DNA from: Camelus dromedarius
Lineage: Eukaryota
DNA length: 64,000 nucleotides
Direction: 5' to 3'
Assembly: GCF_036321535.1 (NCBI RefSeq)
Contig: NC_087436.1
Location: 106,642,001-106,706,000, forward strand
Shown: one piece after another, positions 1 through 12,948 of the stretch
How the letters are laid out: each line of letters starts with the position of its first letter
How positions within the stretch are numbered: position 1 is the first letter of the stretch
Translations under genes and position numbers: made by a program
Notes under the pieces: model-generated
The model's input: the letters and a program-made list of their open reading frames with translations, nothing else
The model's database searches: none
What the model was told of the DNA's origin: nothing

Positions 1-48
1 TACAGGATAGAAAACATACAGATGTCTTGTAATAATCATATTTTAACA

Positions 49-557
49 TGTTTCTGTATATTATGATGTTTTGATATCTTAAAATACTTTTCCAGCTGGC
101 TGGAGGGGAGACTGCCCTTCTAGGGCTGGCCGGTTCTTGGAGATAGCAAGGGGCCCAGCGTGGAGCTGACTTGGACATGCAAACTCACCAGTCCAGAGCC
201 AAACCACCTCTATCCGGTTCCTTCGCCCCAGCAGGCAATATTCACCTGACTTAATAATCCCAGGGCCAGGGGCCAGGCAACTAGAAGCGACCCCTATTGC
301 CCAAAGGCAGTCAAAACTATTCAAACTATCCTTTCGTAAACTGTTCACCTTGTCCTGAATTGTCTTTCCTGTCAGTAAAGGCTCTGAACCTATTCCTTGC
401 TCCTGCTTCTGTTTCCTGAAACCTCATATCCCTTCTGTAGCTCGGCGGTGAGCCACGCCTCACTAGGGGGACTTTGAGTGACATTAAACCTTTCTTTCAA
501 TGCTTTGACCTCTATGTGTTGTCATGCAGTCACGTTGAGAATTACAATCTGGGTACA
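49..557 (+). mobile_element. ERVL-type solo LTR, MER74-like
   Basis: TG...CA ends; motifs 'gagactgcccttctagggctggccggttcttggagatagcaa' and 'ccaggcaactag...ttcaaacta...ctgttcacc' resemble the MER74 group as recalled. Confidence 0.6.
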
Positions 558-580
558 GATAATGTTTAATGTAAGATATT

Positions 581-1119
581 TGTGGCAGACAGACTCTAAG
601 GTGCCCCCATGGTCTCCATCTCCTGGGGTGCATAGCCTTGTAGAAGGTCTTCCCCTTAGGCATGAGCAAGTGTACCTGTGACTTTCTCCAGCCGGTGGAA
701 TATGGCAAAGGTGATGAGATGTCACTTTTATAATTAAGCTACTTTATAACAGATTCTATCCTGCTGGGATGCTCATTTCTGAGACTTTATTGGCTGGCCT
801 GGTGTAGGCAAAGAACTCGGGGCAACCTCTAGTTGTTGATGGGGCCTCCAGCCCTCAGCCAGCAAGAAGCTGGGGCCCTGAGGCTTACAGCCTCAAAGAA
901 ATTCTGAGAACAACCTGAGTTGAGAGTGAAATGGATTCTTTTCATTCGAGTCTCCAGTTAAGAAAGTAGTCCACTTGGCACACTTTGAATGTAGTCCGTA
1001 AATCAGAAGACCCAGGTAGGCCATTCCTCAAGCTCCCACAAAAACTAGCAGATAATTGAGTGTGTTCTTTTAAGTTGCTACGTTTGTAGCCATTTTTACA
1101 TAGCAATAGATAACTAATA
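581..1119 (+). mobile_element. MaLR LTR, MLT1E-like
   Basis: Starts 'tgtggcagacagactctaaggtgccccc'; internal 'cagccagcaagaagctggggccct'; ends 'tagcaatagataactaata'. Confidence 0.8.
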
Positions 1120-1504
1120 AAGCATTCGAGGGCAATCTGGCTTCTCCTCCTTGCCTTCCTGATTCATTCTAGCAGAAGTCACCAGCGCCCTCCGGATCAC
1201 CAGCATCATTCAGATCCTTTTGGTCTTTACAGCACAGGCCCTCTCGGGGACGTTCCCACCTACACCTTTTGAGACTCTTTACTTCAGTGTTGAACTAAAA
1301 GCACACATCAGACTTAATGTGGAACTCTCTCAAAATACACACGTCCAGGCCCTCCTAAGGGGAATTAAGTCAGATCGGAGAGGCTAGAGTGGATCGTGAG
1401 CATATGTATTTTGAGAAGGTAACACAGGTGGTTCTCGGGGCAGTCTTCCAGAGGAGGTGCTGCTGGCCCAACCCCGTCCCTTCTGGGATCCTGTGCTCTC
1501 CTCA

Positions 1505-2330
1505 AGGATAGGGTTCTCCCAGGTTCCATTCCGGCCTCACTGCCTTACTTCTTTCCACATGCTTCATTGGCCAGTGTAATCTATCCCTGATGCTTTACAA
1601 CCGTCCACTTGCTGATGACGCCAAAGTCTCTGTCTTCATCTTGAATTCATACCTGAAGACAACTTACTAAACATATGCGTCTGAATGTTTTGCAGCCTCC
1701 TCCAGCTCAGCACATTGAGAACTACACTCACCATTCCAGCCTCACTCATCAGCCTGCCCTCTCCCTGTATTTTCTTGCCCAGTGAATGGTGGCCCTCTCC
1801 GTTCAGACACTGAAGTCAGAAAACTGGGAGGTTATTTCAAGCTTTAAACCCTTTTAATGACTCCTTATCATCTACAGAATTATTCTGTATTCCTTCGTCT
1901 CCCCAAGGCTTCCCTGAACCATCCCCAACCTATTACCTTAATTCCTGCCCTCAGCTTCTTACGTTTGGTGTGTGGATAATCCTTAACTTCTTGAAGTTAA
2001 CCACATTTACCATTCTGTTTCTTACTTTATTCAATTTTCCCCTCTGTAAAAGCCTTCCCAGGTTTATTCCCCTAACTCTCATCTCGTCTGCATTTTATCT
2101 CTTCTCCTTGCCTGACTTTGTAGGTGTATCTAAGAGTTCCTCTTGTGTGACTACAGTGTGCTATAATATACATACATCTTCCATTTGTTCTTAACCTATC
2201 ATTCACGTATTTATATCTGCCTGCCTTCCTCTATTGGACTATAGGTACTTTGAGGGCAGAACCTGTGTCTAATTTCCCTTTTGCATTTCCAGTGCCAGAA
2301 AGTGTGCCTTGGGGGATAGAAAGTGTTCAG
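1505..2330 (+). mobile_element. L2 LINE fragments (3' region)
   Basis: 'gctgatgacgccaaagtct' and 'ggactataggtactttgagggcagaacctgtgtc' resemble the L2 3' region; very diverged. Confidence 0.6.
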
Positions 2331-2969
2331 CTGGACCAAACTTTGGTTGAACCGACTGATAACAGGTGTAAGTATAGTAATATTTCAGGTATGTTTAGCT
2401 CCTATAAAACCCTTGAAATTTTGGATATTGCACAGAGAATTGGAAGAGATGGAAATGAGGAGGCAGGGCATTCTGTGGCTCAATTGCTCCTAGCTGCTCC
2501 AGTGGATGACTCTGCTGGAACCACTATGGGTGTAGACTTCTGGAGATTGCCTCTGAGGGTTTGGTCAAAGCACTTAATTACTGCTTTTTAAATTCTTTCA
2601 TATTCAAGTCCTAACATTGTTCAAGTTTCTTCAGTTATTTTAGCTGTGTTTTCAGAAAGTCTTGCTACTTCTTACAAATAAATCAACCTAATGGAAATGG
2701 AGCAGTGGTGGAGGTGGTGGGTGGAGAGGTAAACGGGAGGGAGACTGAAGGGGAGGAAAATCAGATAAAGATCAACACATGCAGTCACACATTATGAATC
2801 CGTAGCAACGTTCCTCTGAATCCGCAACCTGCTTGCTCTGAGATCGCCTCTCTGAACTGTGCACCGGAATGAAATTTATAAGAAAATTGAGGGGTGCCAG
2901 GTGTGATTGGGGTTAGGCTAGGCATTGCAAAAGGTCCCTTAATGGTTGTCGACTGGAACAAGTCAGGGC

Positions 2970-2982
2970 TGAACTTTGACCT
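2970..2982 (-). promoter_or_regulatory. DR1 nuclear-receptor element (HNF4/PPAR-RXR/COUP-TF type)
   Basis: TGAACTTTGACCT on + reads AGGTCA-A-AGTTCA on -; motif match only, function unproven. Confidence 0.4.
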
Positions 2983-3130
2983 TTTCATTTATCTTTAAAG
3001 CAGATTGAGTTTACAGATAATTAGAGGGTTTCTTGGTTGTTTTCCTTTGATGTTTTCCTAGCTTGTGGAAGACACGCTGCACAAACAAAGAGAGCCAAGC
3101 ACCAGAATACTGCGGGCTCACTTTCTTCGC

Positions 3131-3157
3131 TTTTTTTTTTTTTTTTTTTTTTTTTTT
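3131..3157. repeat. poly(T) tract, 27 nt
   Basis: Direct read. Confidence 0.95.
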
Positions 3158-3440
3158 GCCAGCCCTGAAATACTGCTAAGGCTCCGTCTCTGGGAACTTC
3201 AGAGCTCCTGAAGTCAGTTCTGGACTGAAAGTCACGCCCAATGAATTTTGGAAAACGGACAGCCACACTTTCCAGGCCGCTATTGCTGGGATAAAAGGTA
3301 AATCATGGGACGACGATGAAAGCAAAACAAGGCCGTAAGGTAGAGCAAGACCAGATTCTGCATCTTATTTCTGAGGCCTGGTAAAGTGTGGGCTGCACGG
3401 AAATCTGTGTTTGTGGAAAAACGCTACGTGCATTTGATTC

Positions 3441-3524
3441 AGGCAGATATATTTAGTGCAGGCAGATGTATTGAAGGATGGCAGATGGGTTTGATGAAGC
3501 CAGATGTATAAAAGCAGTCAGATG
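3441..3524. repeat. Degenerate ~19-bp tandem repeat with CAGAT(G) core
   Basis: Cores start at 3444, 3463, 3482, 3501 and 3519. Confidence 0.7.
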
Positions 3525-5634
3525 CATGTGTATCTTCCTTTCACTTGAAAGGAAGAAGAGAAAGGTGAAACTAAATCTACATATAAACGTGGGTGGTGAC
3601 CAAGGTGACACCAACATTTAGGCATTTAGACACGGGGGAAACTCAGTTATCTTTTCTGTATTAAACCATAGAATCCACACATAGTGGATAAAAGAGAACT
3701 GTACAAAACCGCTTACAGAGACTGGTAAGTATTAGGCAAACTGGGAGCACAGACCACTGTCTTTTTATGTTTTTACTCTAATGTCTTAGATTCTTCTTCT
3801 ATGCCTCTCTGATAAATGTTTGTAAATGTTTAATTCCTTTGTTTAGTTTAACTTACTATATTATTTTAAGAAATAACATTTTGTAACTATTTACAAAACT
3901 AAACATTTGATTTTCAAACACAATACCTATCTGTTCTCAGACTGAAACAGAAAACATTAAGAACAAGAAAAAACAAGGCAAAATACTTCTTAGGACCAAG
4001 TTTCCCTCCTAGTCTGTGTCCTTGTCCTCTCTCTGCTGAAGTGAAGATCTGATCAATTTTTCAGACACTGTAAGTAATGCAGGAAGAGAAGAAGGTAATT
4101 TATATGAACAAGCCCATGAATGAGTCATAGCCAATGTCTTGTGTCGCCTCCAAACCCCACTCCTAGCGCTGGGACTTGGAGGGAAGGAACGACATAGAAA
4201 ATCGATCATTTAGAACCATGTAAAACCAGGAATCACACTTTGCAAAATAAGAATGTAACACTTTACAAACTAATAAATATGAAATCCACCTCTTGCCCCC
4301 ATCTCTCATATAAGTGGCATGACATAGGTGGCAGTTTCAGTAGAAATGGGAGAAGCTGGCGGGGTTTTTTCTAAGTTAAGAAAATGTCTGGCAGAAATAT
4401 AATTCCTTTTCTTATCTAGGGTGATATAAAAGTGTATATGAATAAAGATATATTTTATTGGAATTGAACATTGCAATTCATCAGCATACAGTGTGTGTGT
4501 TGTTACGCTGGTAGCACTTGTCTGTTAAAATAAGAAGTTCTCATTATCATTCTAGCTTTTATAGTACTTTGAAATAAAAGTCCCAGAGCAAAATAATTTG
4601 GCTTTCAGAAGTGATGTGAGGGGGCTATCAAAGGGAATAGAGAATATAGATCTGTGATTTTTTCAGCTGTGGTTTTTAGATGAACCTGTGGAGCTATTTA
4701 CTAGTGCTAATGTGGCAAGGTTTGAATCCTCCCTCCAGAGACACACTGAGATGGGAAACCCAGCATCTGTGTTTTTTCAGAGTTCCCTAGATGATGCTCG
4801 CATCGGCCAGATTGACAAACCCTGCAACAGCAGAACCAAAGAGGCAGAGATGAGATGGACTGCTGGTATTGCCAAAGGAAGTGGTTTCCTGGGGCAAATG
4901 GAACTGAACGGGGCATGCTTCCTTGCTCTGGTTCTGTGCCGAGCACACTTTGGGATATAACGTGGCTTCTCATGTTGGTTGTGCCACTGAGGAACTTTGG
5001 GCTGATCATGTTAACACCAGTCTTGGTTTATGAGACATTTGCATGTTTCATTATAGCTGAATCAGTAAAACGGCTTCCTAAATGAGCTCTTAGTCTCTTC
5101 TAAGATTGATTAGCACAATTAATTTCCCAAAAACTGCTCAGTCCTGAGGCCGTAAAAACTTTGGGTTTAAAGGCTGTAGACAGATAAAAACCACAAGAAT
5201 CCAACTGAAGCATCGCACCATGTGACTGAGAAATTTTGGCTTTCGTTTGGAGATGCTCATTGAAAACACTATTATTAATTTTGCGGGCTAAATGTTGTCT
5301 CAGTAGACGTAACAGTTTTGGACAACTCTTTTTAGAATTCAACTAATTTTGATTAATGTTTTGAAAAGAATGGCTGGACTGGAAATGATTTCACACAGTT
5401 TCATAAGAAACCTTCTGGGTTCAAGTCATTGAGCTTGTGTCATCATTCAGGATGAAGAGAAACGGTCACAACTCTGAGCAAGTTTTGACACTATGTGATC
5501 TCACACGTGTCAGTCGTTTAGTGTCTTTGGGTATCGGTGTTCCTTAGTGCATAGTAAGAGGGTAGAGTTACACTGAGAGGTCTCTAGATTGCTTCTAGAT
5601 GTAAAACAATGTACACTTATGCACCTGTGGTCTT

Positions 5635-7290
5635 TTTTTAAAAAATGTACTTTCTTTTATAACAGTTTTAGGTTTACAGAAAAATTGGGATGATAGTACA
5701 AAGAGTTCACAGATTATAAACATACTACATGATCATGGTACATGCGTCATCCTTAACGAACAAGTATCGGTAAACTGTTATCAACCGAAGTCAATACTTC
5801 AGTCAGATTTCCTTAGTTATGACCTAATGTTCTCTTTCTGTTCCAGGAGCCCACCCAAGGTAACGTATTACATTTAGGAATCACATCTCCTTGGGCTTCT
5901 CTTGTGTGTGACCTTTTCTTAAATGGCCCTTGTTTCTGATGATCTCGATAGTTCAGAGGTGGACTAGTCAGATATTTTGTAAAATGTTCCTCAGTTTTGT
6001 CTGATCTTTTTCTCACGATTCGACTGGGCTAATGAGTTTTGAGTGAAGATCACAGGATCAAAGAGACTTATCCAATACATCATATCAAGGGTGCACACTG
6101 CCAACATGACTTATCATTATAGCTATCGACCTCGATCACTTGCCTTAGGTCATGTTTGTCAGTTTCTCCCCTGTACAGTCACTCTTTCCTGCCCTTTCCC
6201 ATACTCTCTGTGCTCTTTTAAAGGAAGTCACTCTGGACAGCCCACCTTAAGGAGTTGGGAGTTAGACTCCACCTCCTGGAGGATGGACTAACTACATAAC
6301 TTGTTTGGAACCCTGTAAGGGAGATTTGTCTCTTCTTCCCCATTTATTTATCATTTATTTATATCAGTTTGGACTCCTGGATATTTATTTTATACTTTAA
6401 GTTATAATCCAATATTACTTTATTTTGTTGCTCAAATTATTCCATCTTTGTCCAATAGGTGTTCTTTCAGTGGGCTCTCGGGTCCCTTTCACACGCCCCC
6501 ATCACTGATCATTTTGTGTGTATTTAATTGCTGTCACTACCCTCTGTTCCAGGCTTATCTTGTACATTTCTTGCCCTTGGAGAATCAAACACTTCTCCCC
6601 CAGGAATTCTGGTTCCATTCATTGGAGACCAGTAGTAGAATCCAAGGTCCGGGCTCTGGATGTTCCCCTCGCTGCTGGGATGCTGCTGCTTCTAGCCATG
6701 CTCAGCTGCCAGAAAGAGGAAACGTGTGTTTGTGTATATGAGCCTGTGTATAGACACCAATCTATAAATATTTCTATGTCTAACCATCTGTATCTATATT
6801 AAGGTAAACACACATTCGTACTGATGTCTCTGACTCGAATCCCTTATGACATAGATCATTCTAGTCTTTTCTGCCTTCTTACCTATAACCTCGCACTCCA
6901 ACAGTGAGAAACCTGGCTCCCACCATCTGCCATCCATTTATTTAATTGTTCAATTACAGTGTATATGTATAGCGGTATCAGAGCTGTTAACCCATTCCCC
7001 CTTGGGAAATAATGTTAGCTAGAGTACAGCACTTATGCACAATTCTTTTTGCCTTAAGACTTAGAGACTCCACGCATTTCCAAAGTTACTTAGAACAGAT
7101 TAATGTCTTTCCCCCTCATTCCTTTAGTGAGATTGTTTTGTACTTAGTAATATGACTAGATAATTATTCTCTCACAATCTGTATGCCATTTTTGGGTTCT
7201 TCAGAATCCTAGATTTAAAAAAAAAAACAAAACTTGTATCCATTAAAATTTACTCTTTTGTGATAGAAAGTGTTTTGAGCTTTATTTCTG
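5635..7290 (-). mobile_element. Old L1 (L1MC/L1MD-type) 3' UTR
   Basis: 'acagttttaggtttacagaaaaattgg' and 'acctaatgttctctttctgttccaggag' are typical antisense L1MC 3' UTR motifs. Confidence 0.8.
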
Positions 7291-7604
7291 TGGGTTTTTA
7301 CTTGTACTTCAGTGATTCATCAGTAAATACAATCATGTGCAGAAACACCTTTGATATACATTCTGGTGATTTTCCAGAGAGTCAGACTTTCTAGAAATGC
7401 AGTCTGAAAACTTTTATGTATATAAATTCTTTTCCCTTCACTTTTGCTGCCACCCCAGCTCCACTGTCAGAGGTCTTGGTTGCAGGTAGCAGGACAGTGT
7501 TGTGAGCAAGTGGCTCCTCCAGTAGAAACTGGAAAAAAGAGAAAGACCTTTAGAAATGGAATCTTGAACATTAGATGCACGTTTCCCTTTCTTTATTTGC
7601 TTTC

Positions 7605-9905
7605 GTTTTTAAATTAATGAAATACTTTTAACATATTTGTAAGTGGAAAGAAATACAATCACCCCTCATGTATCAATTATCGAGATTTGATGATTACTCC
7701 AATTTTGCTTCAGATTTGCTTCATTGATCTATTTCCTTTTGAATTTTTTTACATATATTTTGAAGGAAATGCCAGATAACAAGTTACTATCATTTCCAAC
7801 AAAGTTAATCACTTCTTACTATTATCTGATGGTTAGTCTCTAGTCAGATTTCTCCAATTGTCTATAAAATATTTTTATCATTTTTTTGTTTGAATTATGA
7901 GACAAACAAGGTACCATTAACATTTGTTTGCGGCAACGCTTAACTTTTTTCATCAAGTGCGTATGCTTCTCACTTTAGTTTTCATGCTGTTGACCCGAGG
8001 CAACAACTTCACCAGTTGTCAGGCAGAGTGTAATATATTCTTTATTTGTCTTTTTACCTCTTTTTGTGTCATTTAACTTGTCCCCTTTTCGTACTGGGTA
8101 TTAACATATGGAAGTTAACTATAGAAACGTGAGTAGTTTCTAGTCAAATTCAGGTTTGACAAGGGTACTTCATGCTTTGCTTTCTATTACTTCACACCCG
8201 GATGCTAACAATGGCTGCTTCCCCTCCCTTTAGGATGCTAAGATTAACCAGTGGGTTCCGGTAATAGCAGGTTGATCCCTATAATATATTTTCCATTAAA
8301 TGTTCATTTAATGGTCTCATCCATTGATGATTAGTGCCTGAATCAGTGATTTCACTGGACTTCACAAAATGTTGATTTTCTAATTTTGTCATTCTTCCCA
8401 CATTTATTAACTGGAATTCCTGTTTAAACTATTTCTTCACCTCATCTATTCCTATTTGGTTACATTGCATTACATGGTTTACAAAAAAAGGCAGGATTCA
8501 TACTAAATTCTTTTCTTTTAGTTGTCAAATAAAGGAATGAGAAAGGAATTGGTGTCTTAACTTTTTCATGAAAAAATATAATTTAATTTTTGAATATGTA
8601 AACACAAGTATATAAGAAATAGAGACCGTATTTAAAAAAAATCAAACTTCTCTCCTGAAATAATTGGACTCTTCCCTATTTTTTATCTTTCCCTCGAGAT
8701 AACCATCCTATTGGTTTTGTGTTTATCTTTACTATTTTTCTTTTTTTTAAATACAGTATTTTTATTTTTTAATTTTTTGGGTGGGAGGAATTAGGTTTAT
8801 TTATTTTATTTACTTACTTACTTATTAATGGAGGTGCTGAGGATTGAACCCAGCACCTTGTGCATGCTAAGCATGCACCCTACCACTGAGCTACACCCTC
8901 CCCCTTTACTATTTGCAAAAACCAGCAGATGCCTATTTCTTCCCACTTATTAAACTAAAGAAGCACAATGTACATCATGATCTAGACCTTATTTATTTCA
9001 CTGAACAAATATCCTGGAGATCACTCCATATCAATGTACAGAGATCTTTACTGTCATTTTTTTTTTTATGGCTGTTAGTGTTCCTTCCTTTGAAGGTATC
9101 ATGGTTTATTCAGGCCTTTTCCTATCGATTAACCTTCACCATTGTAAGTAATATCACAGTGGATAATCTTCTGCCTCAGTCTTTTGGCAAGTAAGTATTT
9201 TTGTATATTTTGGGTTACACTTTGGAAATCATTTATCTCAGTCAAAGTATAAATGCAAGAATAATGTTCCAATTATTGCCAGATTTTACTTTCATAGAGA
9301 TACAATCCTCCCACTCCCGCCATCCATGCAGGAGAGAGCCCCTTTTCCCACAGTCCTGCCAACAAAGTGTGCTGTTTAACTTCTGGATTTTGCTAGGCTG
9401 ATAAGAAAGAAATAGTATTTCAGGGTAGTTTCAGTATTTCATTATATTATTACATATGAGGTTGATCTTTTTTCATATGTTTAAGGTCTGCTTTCTATAT
9501 TCTGCATATTTTCTGGACTTTTTTCCTCTCTAATTTTAAGAACTTCTTTTCTCTTAGAGATATTCTTTTATGGTAGAATTTGAAAATATCCTTGCATTTT
9601 GTCCTTTGTATTTGGCTTTTAATTTTAGTGGGTTTTTTTTTTTTTTTTTTGCTAGTCAAATTTTTAAAAAATATTTTCTATAGTTGAATGTATCAACAAT
9701 GTCTTTTACTTTAAGATTTTGCTATACAGTTAGGAAAGTGTTTCTTGCTCTAAAGGTATTCACTCATGTTTCTTACTAAAACATTATGAGTTTAGTCTTT
9801 AGATTTGAGTCTCTGGTTTAGTTAGATTTTATCCTGGTATCCAATGTGAAATATGGGTATAATTTGATCATTTCTTAGTGGCTATTTTCCACAATATATT
9901 TTTTC
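7605..9905 (-). mobile_element. Old L1 (L1MC4/L1ME-type) fragments, interrupted by a SINE
   Basis: T-rich antisense L1 3' UTR and ORF2-like text, e.g. 'cagatttctccaattgtc' and 'cctcccactcccgccatccatgcaggagag'; more fragments continue to about 10600. Confidence 0.6.
8738..8903 (-). mobile_element. tRNA-derived SINE, camelid Vic-1-like
   Basis: Minus strand reads GGGGAGGGTGTAGCTCAGTGGTAGGGTGCATGCTTAGCATGCACAAGGTGCTGGGTTCAATCCTCAGCACCTCC (A and B boxes), then an AT-rich tail; 11-bp TSD ctttactattt at 8727-8737 and 8904-8914. Confidence 0.9.
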
Positions 9906-9911
9906 CCTATT

Positions 9912-10345
9912 TTTATGCATTAAGTTGTGTCCTCCTAAAAGGGTCTGTTGAAGTCTTAACCCTAAGTACTCCAGAATGTGAAATAAAATCTCCACAGAGA
10001 TAATCATATTTAAATGAGGGCATTAAGGTGGACTCTAACCCAATATGATTGGTGTTTTTATAAAAAGGAAATCCAGACACAGAGATGGACACTCACAGAG
10101 GGACGATTATATGAAGAGACACAAGGAGATGAAGTGCATCTAAAAGCCAAGGAACACATGATGCCTCAGAAGCTGGCAGCGAGGCCGGGAACGGGTGCCT
10201 CCATGGAGCCATCAAAGAAAGTGTGACTTTGCCTTCTCCTTGATTTTGAACTTTTGGCCTCCAGAGCTGTGAGACAACACATTTCCATTGTTCTAAAGCA
10301 CCTAATTTGTGAGACTTCTCATGGCAGACCTGGGAATGTAAACCA
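9912..10345 (+). mobile_element. MaLR LTR, MLT1B/C-like
   Basis: 'ttaaatgagggcattaaggtggactctaacccaatatgattggtg' and 'ttttggcctccagagctgtgagacaa'. Confidence 0.8.
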
Positions 10346-11084
10346 CCCACTGATTGGAGGTGCCATCTTGAGCATATATTGTATTCACCTGCAACTTGGG
10401 TATACTTCTGAACTTTCCATTTCTCTCCTTTTAGATTATCTATCTACTCACATCTCAATGCCACCATATTTTAATTACTGATGGCCTACAATGTTTTCAT
10501 ATCTGGTAGAGGCGCCCTCTTCTGTTCTTTTTCTTCTTGCAGTTTACTCCATACTCTTGCTTATTTATTTTTCCATTTGGAATTTTTTTAAATAAGCAAA
10601 CAGACAAATGAGCAAACTAACAAACTGTTAACTCCAGAAGAAAGGAGTTGGTGTTACCAGGGTTACAACATTTTCTATTCTAGGGTTCACTCAAACCAGG
10701 CTCTTCAACTAGCCCCCAGACCCTGTATCCCATACTAGTATCCCCCTCTAATCTCTACAGTTGCCCAGACTTCAGAAATGGTTTCCAGTTGCTGTTGAAA
10801 TATTTTTTCACAAAGACTGCAAATTTCTTGGATTTGCAAGGGCTCTCTGAGAAGTTTTTCCCATCCTTAGCAGCACTCTTCTGGATACATACATATCCTC
10901 AATAATTATGTGTTGAATGGAATCCAGTTGCTTAAATACCGATTTTAAAACTGTAAAGGAAGATTTGCTAAATGGTCTGTCATTTAGACTTCCAAATCAC
11001 TTGGAATGTAATTTAAGTAATAGAGTGCGGTGAAGTGAATATTGGATATGCAAACTTAAAATCTGGGTTCTAATATTCTCTCTC

Positions 11085-11370
11085 TATTTTATATAATTAT
11101 AGATTATTTATATATGTATATAATGTATATTTATTCATTCTTATAGTATAGTATGTGTATTTATAAATATATGTATAGTAAAAATGTCAATATACATATA
11201 TAATGAGTATATTATAAAAGACACTTATATAATAAATATATTTATTCAATAATATAGAAATGGATTATATAATACTATTGTGTATTATATAATTATGTAT
11301 ACTTTATTATATAATTATAATGACATATAAACATGTCATATACTTATATATGTAACACAATATATATACT
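11085..11370. repeat. AT-rich low-complexity, degenerate (TA)n tract
   Basis: Near-pure A/T with TATA repeats; MIR-like sequence on both sides. Confidence 0.8.
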
Positions 11371-11519
11371 GTCTTATTAAAGTCACATATACTAAGACAG
11401 TTAATAACTTTGAGACCCTCTTCCCAGCTTCCTGAATTATAGAATCCAGGATCAGAAGGCCCCCCTCAACAGATTTTTGCGAGGCTGAGATGATCATGAG
11501 GATGAGAAGTTCCCGCTGG

Positions 11520-11963
11520 GATGTCTGGCTGTCTCCCTGGTCTCATCCCATCCTTGCTTCTGTCTAACCTTCCCTTCCTGACTCACTCAGCTCCAACTAT
11601 ATTGGCCTCTTTGCTCTCCCTTCGATGCACCAAACACAGTACTGCCTTAAGGCCTGGGCATTTGCTCATCCCATGGCTGGAAGAGTTCTTGCATTTTTAT
11701 TTGACTTGCTCTGTGATTTCCTGAAGTTTTAAGCTTCACTTTTCTTGTACAAAAACCTGCCTTCTCAGTCACTTTACCTGCTTGACTTTTCTCCATAGCA
11801 CTATTTCCATCTGAAGTTATACTGCATGTTTATTACTTTACTCATTATCCCATTCACTGAGATCCAAGTTCCCTGAGGAGAAGGATGTTGCCCTCTTCAC
11901 TTTGATATTCCCTGGCTTAGAACAATGCATTAGATGTTCAATAAATATTTGTTGAATGAATAA
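11520..11963 (+). mobile_element. L2 LINE 3' end
   Basis: Ends in the canonical 'caataaatatttgttgaatgaat'. Confidence 0.85.
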
Positions 11964-12948
11964 CTAAAATGACATAACATGTGTAAAATAGCCCATAATA
12001 GTTGTTTGATGGAAAACACCTTCCTTTTTCAATTATTCTACAAAGTGGTTTTTTTCATTGTTATAGTTACCACTGAAGACATGTGTAAAACATACCTTGT
12101 TCCTTCCCTACTGTCTACACCCCTGACCTCTGGGCAATAAAGACCTAAATAATCTGATTCCTTCTGCTGAACCGCATGTTCTGGGTGTTGTTTTTTCCTC
12201 TCCCAGCCCCTCCTGCACTTGACAAGAGGACAGAACATTTTTAAACGCCCCTTTCCCTGTCATTAGTCATGCTGATTTCTTGGGTTCTGGATATGCTCAT
12301 GTGTCCAATTACATCTGGGATGTTTGCTTTCCAAATGCTAGCAGAAACTACATCTCTGCATTTGCTTTCCACTGTCGGATCTCCAGCCTGTAACGGCGTC
12401 TCTCTTGGCGGTTATCATTTCGGTGGTCAGGACTTAATGGTGCTCTCAACTAAAATGGAAGATATTCAGGCTGGCTTGACTTCCTCATTCTTCACATGGA
12501 AAGGTCTTGCTATCACTGGTTTGCTTTAAAATTTTGCAGAGTGATAGTCTGAGATTGAGGAAGAGAATTGCCTGTCCTACTGAAAGTTCAGTAAAGTGGC
12601 CAATTTGAGGAAGTTTCTGACCAAGCTTGACTTTTCTCTGAATTGTCAAGGCCCAGACACTCAGGACCAGGGGGAGACATGGAAATCAGCCTCTGCATCA
12701 CGGCCCTTTTGACAGACTTGGTGAGAGAGAAGGTCTAATCACCAATGAGAAGTGCTTAAAATGACAAGGAGCAGGGCAAAGGTCAAAAGGCTGAGGAAGG
12801 AACTCACATTCACCAGGTATGCATTCTGTACGTGGCCTTCCCTGGGAGCTCGGCGGGGGGCACCCAAGTGGTTCTCAGGGCAGCGCATGGCTGGCAGCTC
12901 GCACACAGCGCTGGCTTCGGAGTATCCTACAGCTTTCCTCTTAAACCC

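Noticed and set aside
3441..3524. CRISPR-like repeat-spacer array
   Set aside because: Cores are only 5-6 nt, the period is 19 bp, the context is eukaryotic and there are no cas genes.
8830..8903. tRNA gene (tRNA-Ala-like)
   Set aside because: An AT-rich tail and TSD show it is a SINE head rather than a tRNA locus.
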